From the NCBI GenBank assembly GCA_001820685.1, contig MHQP01000018.1:13881-77880 (forward strand): a stretch of DNA of 64,000 nucleotides, given 5' to 3'. This stretch comes from Candidatus Sungbacteria bacterium RIFCSPLOWO2_01_FULL_47_32. GTDB lineage: Bacteria > Patescibacteriota > Minisyncoccia > Sungbacterales > GWA2-42-14. Positions 56,164 through 64,000 of this stretch are shown here, piece after piece (the first letter of the stretch is position 1; each line of letters begins with the position of its first letter). Under the pieces are notes generated by a model. It made no database searches. It was not told where the DNA came from and saw only the letters and a list, made by a program, of their open reading frames with translations. The position numbers were made by a program, and so were the translations under genes.

Positions 56164-57387
56164 TTATTTTACGCTTTTTAGGACTTCAACCGCTTTATCC
56201 AGCTGGGGATCGCGCGTATTGTCCACATCTTCCTGCTTTATTTCAACCGCAATATCGGGCTCAAGACCAAGCTCGTTTATAGAATGTCCGTTTGGAGTCA
56301 TCCACTTGGCGATAGTAACTTTCAGCGATGCGTTGCCCAAAAGCTGTTCAAGCTCCTGAACCGAGCCTTTGCCGAAGGATTTTTGGCCGATAAGCTTGAT
56401 ATCCCGCTTATCCCGGAGAGCTCCCGCGAGAATCTCGGATGCGGAAGCAGAACCTTGGTTTATAAGTACGACAACGGGTGTCCGCTCAAGAACGCGATAT
56501 CCCACAGAGCGGTATAAAAGCTCCTCCCCGCTTGAAAAGTGCTCCCGCGCCACAACATCGCCTTCCGGCAGAAACCACGACGCCATGTCAACCGCTGCCT
56601 GCAAATATCCACCGGGGTTATTTCTGACATCCAGAATAAGTTTTGTGGAGCCGGAATTCTGAAATTCAATAAGCGCTTTTCTGAATTCCCTTGGCGAATT
56701 TTCGTTAAAATTATAAAGATGGATGTAAAAAATGCCGGCTTCAAGTTTTTTTGTGTCCGTGACAGGTATCTGAATGGTGCCCCGGATGACCTTTATTTCC
56801 TTAGCTGTTTCGGCTTTTTCGTGAACTATCGTTAAAAGAACCGGCGTTCCTTTTTCTCCGCGGATGTATGAAACCGCTTCGTCAAGCGTTAAATCAAGTG
56901 TTGAGGTGCTGTTGATCTTGAGAATTTTATCTCCAGCAAGAATTCCTGCGTGTTCCGAAGGAGAATCTTTTAAGGGCGATATGACGGTAAGAATGCCCTT
57001 TCTCATTCCAATTTCGGCGCCTATGCCGCCGAACTCGCCATGTATATCGTCATTGAATCGTTTTGCCTCCTCGGGCGGAAAAAAAACCGTATATGGGTCT
57101 CCGAGCGATTTGACCATGCCGTCTACCGCCCCAAAAACAAGTTTTTCGGGGTCTATTTTCTGCTTATCGACGAATTTATCCTCAAGGCGTGACCACACAT
57201 CCCAAAAAATGGAGAAATCGGCCGCATGCTGTAAGGGAACCGACGGGTTTTTTCCGGAAACGTTGATGACGTAATCGGGAGACGGCGTTCTTTGCTCGCC
57301 CAAAAAAACGCCGCTCATAAATGAAACGGCTATAATGGCGCATGCGGCGAGAATAATGCCTATTTTTTTGATAATTGTTTTTTGCAC
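56164..57387 (-). CDS. ctpA: carboxyl-terminal processing protease (S41) with PDZ domain
   Basis: PDZ domain then the S41 catalytic region (…GSASASEILAGAL…K…); signal anchor. Confidence 0.85.
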   Translation of the reverse strand: MQKTIIKKIGIILAACAIIAVSFMSGVFLGEQRTPSPDYVINVSGKNPSVPLQHAADFSIFWDVWSRLEDKFVDKQKIDPEKLVFGAVDGMVKSLGDPYTVFFPPEEAKRFNDDIHGEFGGIGAEIGMRKGILTVISPLKDSPSEHAGILAGDKILKINSTSTLDLTLDEAVSYIRGEKGTPVLLTIVHEKAETAKEIKVIRGTIQIPVTDTKKLEAGIFYIHLYNFNENSPREFRKALIEFQNSGSTKLILDVRNNPGGYLQAAVDMASWFLPEGDVVAREHFSSGEELLYRSVGYRVLERTPVVVLINQGSASASEILAGALRDKRDIKLIGQKSFGKGSVQELEQLLGNASLKVTIAKWMTPNGHSINELGLEPDIAVEIKQEDVDNTRDPQLDKAVEVLKSVK

Positions 57388-57420
57388 AAAAATTTTAGTT
57401 TCGGTATGTTAATTATATCA

Positions 57421-58779
57421 TTATACCAGCTTCCCTGTAAGTTTCCAGATATCCCCTGCTCCCATCATAATAACGATATCGTGCATTCCGACGTAACGCG
57501 CAAGAAATTCAGGTATTTGGGAAGAATAGGATATGTAGTAAACATTGTTTTTGAGTCTGGCATCCACAGCAGCCGCAAGCCGAAACGATGATGCATTCAC
57601 TCTACGGGAACGCGGTTTTTCCCGGCCGGGAACTTCGTACGGATCAAGCAATACTAATTCATTAGCGCAGTCAAACGCGGGTACGAACCGTTCGAAGAGG
57701 CGCGAAAGGCGGTCTTGCTGATGGGGCTGGAAAACGCACCAGATCCTATGCTTCGGATACCGTTCGCGCGCGGCCTCAAGCGTTGCTTTGATCTCGGTGG
57801 GGTGATGGGCATAGTCGTCGAAAATCTTTGCGCCATTCAAAGTTCCTTTATATTCAAACCTTCGCCAAACGCCCCCATATTCAGAAAGTGCTTTGAGTAT
57901 TTTTTCGTTTGGAATTTTCAGCGTCTGCCCGACGCAGTATGCAGCCAGTGCGTTTGAAACATTATGAATACCTGGAACCTGGAGCCTGTACTTGATATCT
58001 TCAACGGCAGAATTTCTGAGAGAATACCAGCGGAAGCGCCCAGAGAACCGTTTAAGTTTTGAAAGCAAAAGCCCGAGTTTGAGAACGTCCTGATTATCAT
58101 TATTTAAAACAAAGACCGCTCCGGGTTTTGAACCTGTTAAAAATTTTTTGAATGCGGAGACGATCCGCGCTTTTGTTTTGTAAAAATCAAGATGCTCTTC
58201 GTCAATATTGGTAAGAACCGCAATGTCGGGATGATAATTCAGAAATGAGCCGGCATATTCATCAGCTTCAACAATGAGGTATTTCGAGTTCCCCTTTCTA
58301 AAATTCGTATCCTTCTTTCCGTCCGCTCCTGAACTATCCTTAAGCCGGGTCCCGATAATAACGGTCGGATCAAGCCCCCCCTCAATAAGAACTTTTGCCA
58401 CCATCGCAGTGGTTGTGCTTTTTCCGTGGGCTCCAGCGACGGCTATAGTGAAGTAGTTCTTTGTAAGCTCGCCAAGCGCTTCCGCGTATGTGCGAATAAC
58501 ATACTTCCGTTTTCTTCCCTCTTTCAGCTCGAGATTGTCCTTGCGAAGAGCAGCGGTATGCACGATAAAACCGCTACCGCGTGGAATATGCGAGGCTTTA
58601 TGCGGTCCGCAAAATATTTTTACGCCCAGGCCTTCAAGCTCTTCCGTTATGGGCGAGGAAACGATGTCCGAACCGGACACCATAAAACCTTCCGACAGAT
58701 AATAGCGCGCAAGACTGCTCATGCCTATGCCTCCGATGCCGATGAGATAAACGCGTTTGTTGTTTTGAGTTTTTACCAT
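57421..58779 (-). CDS. murC: UDP-N-acetylmuramate--L-alanine ligase
   Basis: VYLIGIGGIGMSSLARYY N-terminus, GAHGKSTTTAM P-loop and Mur ligase domains. Confidence 0.9.
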   Translation of the reverse strand: MVKTQNNKRVYLIGIGGIGMSSLARYYLSEGFMVSGSDIVSSPITEELEGLGVKIFCGPHKASHIPRGSGFIVHTAALRKDNLELKEGRKRKYVIRTYAEALGELTKNYFTIAVAGAHGKSTTTAMVAKVLIEGGLDPTVIIGTRLKDSSGADGKKDTNFRKGNSKYLIVEADEYAGSFLNYHPDIAVLTNIDEEHLDFYKTKARIVSAFKKFLTGSKPGAVFVLNNDNQDVLKLGLLLSKLKRFSGRFRWYSLRNSAVEDIKYRLQVPGIHNVSNALAAYCVGQTLKIPNEKILKALSEYGGVWRRFEYKGTLNGAKIFDDYAHHPTEIKATLEAARERYPKHRIWCVFQPHQQDRLSRLFERFVPAFDCANELVLLDPYEVPGREKPRSRRVNASSFRLAAAVDARLKNNVYYISYSSQIPEFLARYVGMHDIVIMMGAGDIWKLTGKLV

Positions 58780-58958
58780 TTGTTTTCGAGACTAAACGTT
58801 ATTCTATTATAGCAGATTTTTCAAAATTGGAGAATACGGCGCATTTTGCTTCCCCGTGAGGCTTGCCTGGTCGTAGAAAGCACGTAAAACTTGACTTTTT
58901 AATATAAATTGCCTATAGTAACAGTATTGGGACGGCCCTTTGCAAACGGAATACGGAT

Positions 58959-59900
58959 ATGGTGCGAGCTATCCTGAAATTCTTTTTTTGCTGGATCTGG
59001 CCGAAAGTTCCCTGGCATACCGCAATTATGAAACACGTTGCGGAAAAACATTTTATTGCGGGAAAAACCATTCAGGATGCGATTCGGAGCGGCCGTGAAC
59101 TAAATAAAGAAGGATTTTTTTGTTATTTCAACCATATTGGTGACCGATGCGAATCTCCAGAAGAGCGAGATCGCGCGCGCAGTTCATATAATGAGCTAAT
59201 TGAGGCTATTAATGAGCATGGGCTAAAAGCAGGGATCTCTACGAAAGCAAGCGCTTTAGGCATGCTAAACCCTAACCTTCATTCCGGAAAGACTCGGGAG
59301 GGGCTTGCCAAACTCGTTAGCAAAGCCCGTGACTATGGCATTCCGTTCTGGCTAGATGGTGAAGAGCTTATCTACCACAAAAAAACCACAGAGGTTGCAT
59401 TTTTTGCCCGCATGGTTTGCCCAAAAACAGGTTCGGTCATTCAGGCCTATACGAAAAATATCGGCAGTATTGTCTTGGAACTTTATCGGACAAAATCTGC
59501 GTTTCCGGGCGTTACTACGGGCTTTCGCATCTGCAAGGGTGCTTACACGGAACCAAAAGAGCTTGCATATTCCGATATCAATGACATACGCGACCGCTTT
59601 GAATTCTGGGTACGAAAAGTCGTTGAAACCAAGCACTACGCTCAGGTTGCAACGCACGACGAAGAAATTATCCGGCGGGTCATCGCCCTTGAGCAAGCGG
59701 GAAAGATCCGGCGAGATCAGTTTGAATTCGCACTGCTTCTTGGCGTCAATATGCCGCTTGCGAAAAAACTGCTTTCGCGCGGATACCGTGTCATCATTTA
59801 TGTGCCGTTTGGCAAAGATGTAGAAGGGTTTTGCGTCCGGCGCATCATTGAGCGCCCCCGCTATATTATTCTCCCTCTCAAAGCGATCTTTTGCAAATAG
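58959..59900 (+). CDS. proline dehydrogenase (PRODH) family protein, monofunctional
   Basis: HFIAGKTIQDAI...LDHIGD...KASALG...FEFALLLGV...GYRVIIYVPFG follows PRODH family beta8-alpha8 motifs. Start could be the Met at 59028. Confidence 0.7.
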   Translation: MVRAILKFFFCWIWPKVPWHTAIMKHVAEKHFIAGKTIQDAIRSGRELNKEGFFCYFNHIGDRCESPEERDRARSSYNELIEAINEHGLKAGISTKASALGMLNPNLHSGKTREGLAKLVSKARDYGIPFWLDGEELIYHKKTTEVAFFARMVCPKTGSVIQAYTKNIGSIVLELYRTKSAFPGVTTGFRICKGAYTEPKELAYSDINDIRDRFEFWVRKVVETKHYAQVATHDEEIIRRVIALEQAGKIRRDQFEFALLLGVNMPLAKKLLSRGYRVIIYVPFGKDVEGFCVRRIIERPRYIILPLKAIFCK

Positions 59901-59903
59901 CAT

Positions 59904-59930
59904 AAGCCTCCGAGCGAGGCTTTTATATTT
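59904..59930 (+). terminator. rho-independent terminator after PRODH
   Basis: aagcctc-cgagc-gaggctt followed by TTATATTT. Confidence 0.55.
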
Positions 59931-59987
59931 GCAAAAAAACGAAAACTGTGTATGCTGTTTTTATAGTTCTTTTTTCAGGAGAATTTT

Positions 59988-60647
59988 TTGAACACTGCAC
60001 TTGTGTGGGGTGTATTCTCCGTTATTTTTATCGACCTTATTCTTGCCGCCGACAACGCTCTTCTCATAGCATCTGCGGTCCGGGACCTTAGTTCGAAAAC
60101 CCAAAGACAGGCCCGCTGGCTCGGAACTATCGGGGCGGTCATTGCCCGGCTTTTCTTTCTTGGAGCGTTATTTTTTGTTCTTCGCTGGCCCGTCTTAAGC
60201 ATTATTCTTCATATTATCGGAGGACTCTGGGTTATCTGGGCCGCAATAAAGCTTCTGCCGTCGCATGGCAAAACAGAGAGGGGGCACAAAACGCCAAAAG
60301 AAAAACTTTGGCATGCCACATGGTTCATTATCAGCGCTGACATCGCAATGAGCTTTGATAATGTAATAGCCGTATATGCGGTAAGCGGTGGAAATATCCT
60401 GCTTATCGTCCTGGGGATTCTTGTTTCGGTGCCCATGGTCATATTTGCATCTTCCCGTATCTCAAGCCTCATGACGCGCTTTCCAACCGTTGTTATCTTT
60501 GGGTCGGTTTATCTCGGCTGGGTTGGAGGACGCATGATTACGGAGTCCCATGTTCTCGAAATTCTTCCTCCGATCCTTCTGCCGATTCTCGGGGCCTCGC
60601 TGGTTTTTACAGTATGGGCGGTTGGGAAATATTTCAGAAAACAGTGA
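59988..60647 (+). CDS. TerC/Alx family integral membrane protein
   Basis: LILAADNALLIA and FDNVIAVYAV twin motifs of the TerC family; 7 TM helices. Confidence 0.8.
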   Translation: MNTALVWGVFSVIFIDLILAADNALLIASAVRDLSSKTQRQARWLGTIGAVIARLFFLGALFFVLRWPVLSIILHIIGGLWVIWAAIKLLPSHGKTERGHKTPKEKLWHATWFIISADIAMSFDNVIAVYAVSGGNILLIVLGILVSVPMVIFASSRISSLMTRFPTVVIFGSVYLGWVGGRMITESHVLEILPPILLPILGASLVFTVWAVGKYFRKQ

Positions 60648-60757
60648 GATATCCGCCTGTAAACGGCGGATTTTGCTTTTTGTGACTCTTTATATGGCAG
60701 AATCGCAGTTGCTCGCTTAAATCTTGAAAAAAACCTGATTTTTGCTATACTTCGGAT

Positions 60758-61108
60758 ATGGAGATCGATAAAAAAAGGATATTCAGAAAAGATCCGCACC
60801 TCCATTCTCGAGAGCACGTACTTGCCGATGATCTTTCGCGGATGCTTGATGAACCGAAAAAATTCGCCCGATATCTCGGCATCGCATACCTCTATGATGA
60901 AACCGACCTGCGTTCGCTTGCAAAACGCATACTTGAAAAAATAGATCTTCCGGCTGAGGCGCGCGGCAGATATTTTTTTGCCTGCCTGAAGGGTCTTGCG
61001 TTGACACGGCAAAAAAGGCCTTCAAAAGGTACTCCGCGCGTTTCGCTTCAAAAAACTAAAAAACAACATGGTCGTACAACACCTTCCCATAGTAAAAGAG
61101 CCAAATAA
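60758..61108 (+). CDS. hypothetical protein with basic C-terminal tail
   Basis: 116-aa ORF; overlaps the def start by 41 nt. No family recognised. Confidence 0.4.
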   Translation: MEIDKKRIFRKDPHLHSREHVLADDLSRMLDEPKKFARYLGIAYLYDETDLRSLAKRILEKIDLPAEARGRYFFACLKGLALTRQKRPSKGTPRVSLQKTKKQHGRTTPSHSKRAK

Positions 61109-61625
61109 AGTTCTCAGGAAAATAGCGGGAGAACTTTCTCCAGCCGATATCAGAACCCCGCGGATACAAAAACTGCTCGCGGAAATGAAAGCAACGCTTG
61201 CGGAGACCCCTGACGGCGTCGGACTCGCCGCTCCGCAGGTCGGGGAATCGTTGCGTATTTTTTTAGTTTCGGAAGAGTCAGAACATATCGGAGGTGAAAA
61301 TTATGAAAGGGATGCCGCCTCCCACAAAGCATTGGCAGAGGAAGAAAAGAAAAAATGGAAGCATTTTGTTTATATCAATCCTGTCATAAAAAAAATATCA
61401 AAAAATAAAGTAGCATATCCGGAAGGATGCCTTTCCGTTCCGGGAACATTCGGGGTTGTCAGTCGTCCGGAAAAAATAACCGTTGAGGCATATAATGAGT
61501 CTGGAAAAAAATTCACCCGAGGTGCTTCGCGATTTTTTGCGAGAGTTCTTCAGCACGAGATCGACCACCTCGCAGGAGTTCTCTTTATCGATAAAGCAAA
61601 AAAGCTCATCGCACACAAGCAGTAA
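61068..61625 (+). CDS. def: peptide deformylase
   Basis: GVGLAAPQVG, EGCLSVPG and QHEIDHL motifs; carries a short insert (…EEEKKKWKHF…). Confidence 0.9.
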   Translation: MVVQHLPIVKEPNKVLRKIAGELSPADIRTPRIQKLLAEMKATLAETPDGVGLAAPQVGESLRIFLVSEESEHIGGENYERDAASHKALAEEEKKKWKHFVYINPVIKKISKNKVAYPEGCLSVPGTFGVVSRPEKITVEAYNESGKKFTRGASRFFARVLQHEIDHLAGVLFIDKAKKLIAHKQ

Positions 61626-61673
61626 CCAAAAAAGGACCATGTCCTGACGGTTATCGTGGCGGATGTATCTTCA

Positions 61674-62639
61674 ATGGCAAGAAAATATTCTACAACAATC
61701 GTTTTTTGGGGAACACCGGATTTTGCGGTTTCCATCCTTGAGAAATTGCAGGAAAAATTTTCCGTTCTTGGGGTCATTACAAACCCTGACGAACCCAGAG
61801 ACCGAAACGCGGTGCTTACTTCCCCGCCGACATGCCGGGCGGCAAACCGCTTAGGCATTCCGGTCTATCAGCCGGAAAAGATTATTGAGGAAAACTGGAG
61901 CGATCTCAATATTCCCGCAGCAGATTTTTTTGTTGTTGCGGCGTATGGAAAGATAATACCGAAATGGACGCTGAACTTACCGACAAAAGGTGCTATAAAT
62001 GTTCACCCGTCGCTTCTTCCGAAATGGCGCGGAGCTTCTCCTATCCAGCATGCTATTTTAAACGGAGACGTGGAAACCGGTGCAACGATTATCTTGATGG
62101 ACGAAAAAATGGATCACGGTCCGATTCTTGCCCAAAGAAGCGTTAAAATTCCGGATACTATTGCCTATCCCGAGCTTTCAAGGATCCTTTCGGAAGTTTC
62201 GGGAGAATTGCTTGTCGAAACCATTCCCAAGTTGGTAAGCGGAACAATTTTGCCAAAGCCGCAGGACGACTCTCATGCGACATTCTGCAGGGCATTTAAA
62301 AGGGAAGATGGAAAAATTGACTGGAGCCGCTCGGCGTCTGAAATAGAGCGCGCGATACGCGCATTTACTCCATGGCCGGGAACATTCACGCTTTGGAAAC
62401 GCGGAGACTCTCGCGATATCCGCCTTAAAATCTTGCAGGGACACATAACGGAAGAACTCCCTGGCATTTCTTCCAACGCACTGCCCGGCCGTGTTATAGT
62501 GGATACGGAGCATCTCTATGTCGTAGCATCTCCCGGCTTTCTTGAGATTACCCTTCTCCAGCCTGAAGGAAAAACGCCGATGCAAGCTTCTGCGTTCCTT
62601 AAGGGATACGACGATATTAACAACGCATTACTTCACTAA
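61674..62639 (+). CDS. fmt: methionyl-tRNA formyltransferase
   Basis: IVFWGTPDFAV N-terminus, HPSLLPKWRG folate site and the C-terminal domain; downstream of def. Confidence 0.9.
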   Translation: MARKYSTTIVFWGTPDFAVSILEKLQEKFSVLGVITNPDEPRDRNAVLTSPPTCRAANRLGIPVYQPEKIIEENWSDLNIPAADFFVVAAYGKIIPKWTLNLPTKGAINVHPSLLPKWRGASPIQHAILNGDVETGATIILMDEKMDHGPILAQRSVKIPDTIAYPELSRILSEVSGELLVETIPKLVSGTILPKPQDDSHATFCRAFKREDGKIDWSRSASEIERAIRAFTPWPGTFTLWKRGDSRDIRLKILQGHITEELPGISSNALPGRVIVDTEHLYVVASPGFLEITLLQPEGKTPMQASAFLKGYDDINNALLH

Positions 62640-62642
62640 TAC

Positions 62643-63608
62643 ATGGACAGCGCGGCATTTTTTGTTCTTATAATCGGTGTCGTGATAGTGGCTATTATGT
62701 TTTCCGGAGGACCATCTGATCTTTCTTTTTTGGGTGGCCCTTCAGGTCCTGGGCCATACGCCACGGGACCCGGTTCGAATACCGAAATTCGAAATCCGCA
62801 GCCGGTTGCGGAGCAAAAATCTTCCGGAGGCTTTTTCGGAACTCTTGGAAGTTTCGCCCAGCCCCCTCCCTCGCCTTCACCTTCAAGTGCCGCCACGGCA
62901 ATGCCTGTCGCAAAAACCCCTGGGCATTCTCCATATGAGGGCATCATCCGCATCTCGTATGTCGAGCGTTCTTCCGACAGCCCACAGGACGAATATGTCG
63001 CGCTCATGAACGGCGGGTGGTTTTCATCCTTAAACTTTTCCGTCGACATAACCGGTTGGACAATTGAGAGCATCAAACACGATAGGCGGACTATTGGGCG
63101 GGCATATGATATCCCCTATATCGACGCCGATACCCGCACTATTGTGCTCCCTCCAGGAGGAACGGTGTACGCTGTAACCGGCACGGGAAACATAGGATTT
63201 GGATTTCGCGAGAACGGATGCACCGGATATTTCAACCAATTCAGCCGCTTTACCCCGGGCCTTTCCGGTTCCTGCATTGACCGTCAATCATACGAACGGA
63301 TCCGTTCGCAATTCCTGGATGCAGGCCTTCCGGGCGCATGCATCGACTATGTAGCCTCGCTCCCCTCTTGCACGGTTCCGCAAATAAATTTTGAAAACGG
63401 AGGAAAAATAGGGCAAAATTGCATTGACTATATTTCAAAAAATATAAGTTACAACGGATGCGTTAAAAATTACCGTGAGGATAAAAATTTTTACAGAAAC
63501 ACGTGGAGAGTCTATTTCGGGCTCACGCAAAAGCTTTTCGACAAATCGCATGACCGCATTATCTTGAGGGACCAAAACGGGCTTTTTGTGGAGCAGTTTG
63601 AATACTGA
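62643..63608 (+). CDS. membrane-anchored lamin-tail-domain (LTD) protein with Cys-rich C-terminal region
   Basis: N-terminal TM helix, Pro/Gly-rich linker, then the LTD signature (EYVALMNGGW...DITGWTIES...TIVLPPGGTVYAVTG), then an about 130-aa region with 8 Cys. Confidence 0.6.
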   Translation: MDSAAFFVLIIGVVIVAIMFSGGPSDLSFLGGPSGPGPYATGPGSNTEIRNPQPVAEQKSSGGFFGTLGSFAQPPPSPSPSSAATAMPVAKTPGHSPYEGIIRISYVERSSDSPQDEYVALMNGGWFSSLNFSVDITGWTIESIKHDRRTIGRAYDIPYIDADTRTIVLPPGGTVYAVTGTGNIGFGFRENGCTGYFNQFSRFTPGLSGSCIDRQSYERIRSQFLDAGLPGACIDYVASLPSCTVPQINFENGGKIGQNCIDYISKNISYNGCVKNYREDKNFYRNTWRVYFGLTQKLFDKSHDRIILRDQNGLFVEQFEY

Positions 63609-63630
63609 CAAGAAACCCGGCCTTATCAAT

Positions 63631-63664
63631 AAAAAAAGACGGCAAAAGCCGTCATTTTATTTTA
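63631..63664 (+). terminator. rho-independent terminator
   Basis: AAAAAAA-gacggc-aaaa-gccgtc-ATTTTATTTT. Confidence 0.65.
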
Positions 63665-63819
63665 CTCAATTTTTTTTAGAAATTATTTTCTTAGTTTTTC
63701 GGCATAGCTGCTCACGCTTGTCCCCTTATCTTTGCGACCATCCCTAGTGGCCATTTGGGCGGTTTTTGTGCTTCGCTACGCCATACCCGCATAGCGCATT
63801 TACGCGGGCACGATTATTT

Positions 63820-64000
63820 CTATTTTGCAAGAGGAAGCGAAAAACTAAATGTCGAGCCTTTGTCCACTTCCGAGGCTACCCAAACCCGGCCGTTCATTTT
63901 CTCGATTATTTGCTTGATGATGAACAGCCCCAAGCCGGTTCCCGTAATTTTCTTTGTCCGCTCGTCGGGGACTCGATAGAATTTTTCAAAAAGTTTTTCC
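63820..64000 (-). CDS. sensor histidine kinase, C-terminal HATPase_c fragment (gene continues beyond the window)
   Basis: The reverse-strand translation ...EKLFEKFYRVPDERTKKITGTGLGLFIIKQIIEKMNGRVWVASEVDKGSTFSFSLPLAK-stop carries the G2 box GTGLGL. Confidence 0.7.
   Translation of the reverse strand, partial: EKLFEKFYRVPDERTKKITGTGLGLFIIKQIIEKMNGRVWVASEVDKGSTFSFSLPLAK

Noticed and set aside
1-64000. CRISPR arrays, IS elements or transposases, integrases, reverse transcriptase/DGR, toxin-antitoxin pairs, restriction-modification genes
   Set aside because: No regularly spaced direct repeats, and no proteins with DDE transposase, tyrosine recombinase, RT or methyltransferase motifs appear in any of the listed ORFs. 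The Cas4-like nuclease has no cas neighbours.

Overview
The window is a 64 kb chromosomal segment of a small-genome bacterium that uses the standard genetic code (TGA is a stop, e.g. the ATGA overlap at 19325-19328). Nearly all genes are packed on the + strand, which suggests a CPR/Patescibacteria-like organism (inference). There is little biosynthesis, many membrane-anchored or secreted hypothetical proteins, a group-3-type NiFe hydrogenase, tandem GH130-like glycosidase modules and a dcw cell-wall cluster. Recognisable content in window order: NiFe hydrogenase small subunit (partial) and large subunit, with a convergent maturation protease and an unknown Cys protein; two EamA transporters; a complete histidine-utilisation operon hutH-hutG-hutU-hutI; obg; an ABC-F ATPase; an ICMT-family methyltransferase; three GH130-like modules in two genes; a MutY-like glycosylase; a PilB-like ATPase; a clan GH-A glycosidase; a CAP-domain protein; a CsaA-like tRNA-binding protein; NUDIX; ddl; a sensor kinase; aspS; scpA/scpB; a dacA-like carboxypeptidase; mraY, then a 5.7 kb insertion (giant surface protein plus D-aminoacylase-like amidohydrolase), then murD-ftsW-murG; gltX; an M23 peptidase; a Cas4/RecB-like PD-(D/E)XK nuclease; rpmA; and, on the minus strand, murC-ctpA-acyP-rplI-pyrG; a stand-alone proline dehydrogenase; TerC; def-fmt; a lamin-tail-domain protein; and a partial sensor kinase at the right edge. 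No rRNA, tRNA, CRISPR array, transposase or reverse transcriptase was found. The most unusual item is an undescribed modular cysteine-repeat secreted protein (4226-6373) preceded by a small TM protein with an NP-motif tail. This two-gene cassette recurs at 25.0-25.8 kb as a decayed copy carrying an in-frame stop and a frame break in a poly-C tract. Several other loci also look like gene remnants: an alpha/beta-hydrolase with an internal deletion, half-genes of Pit and DUF47, a T7 frameshift, and a SIS-like fragment. All calls rest on reading the ORF translations and sequence by eye; no searches were run.
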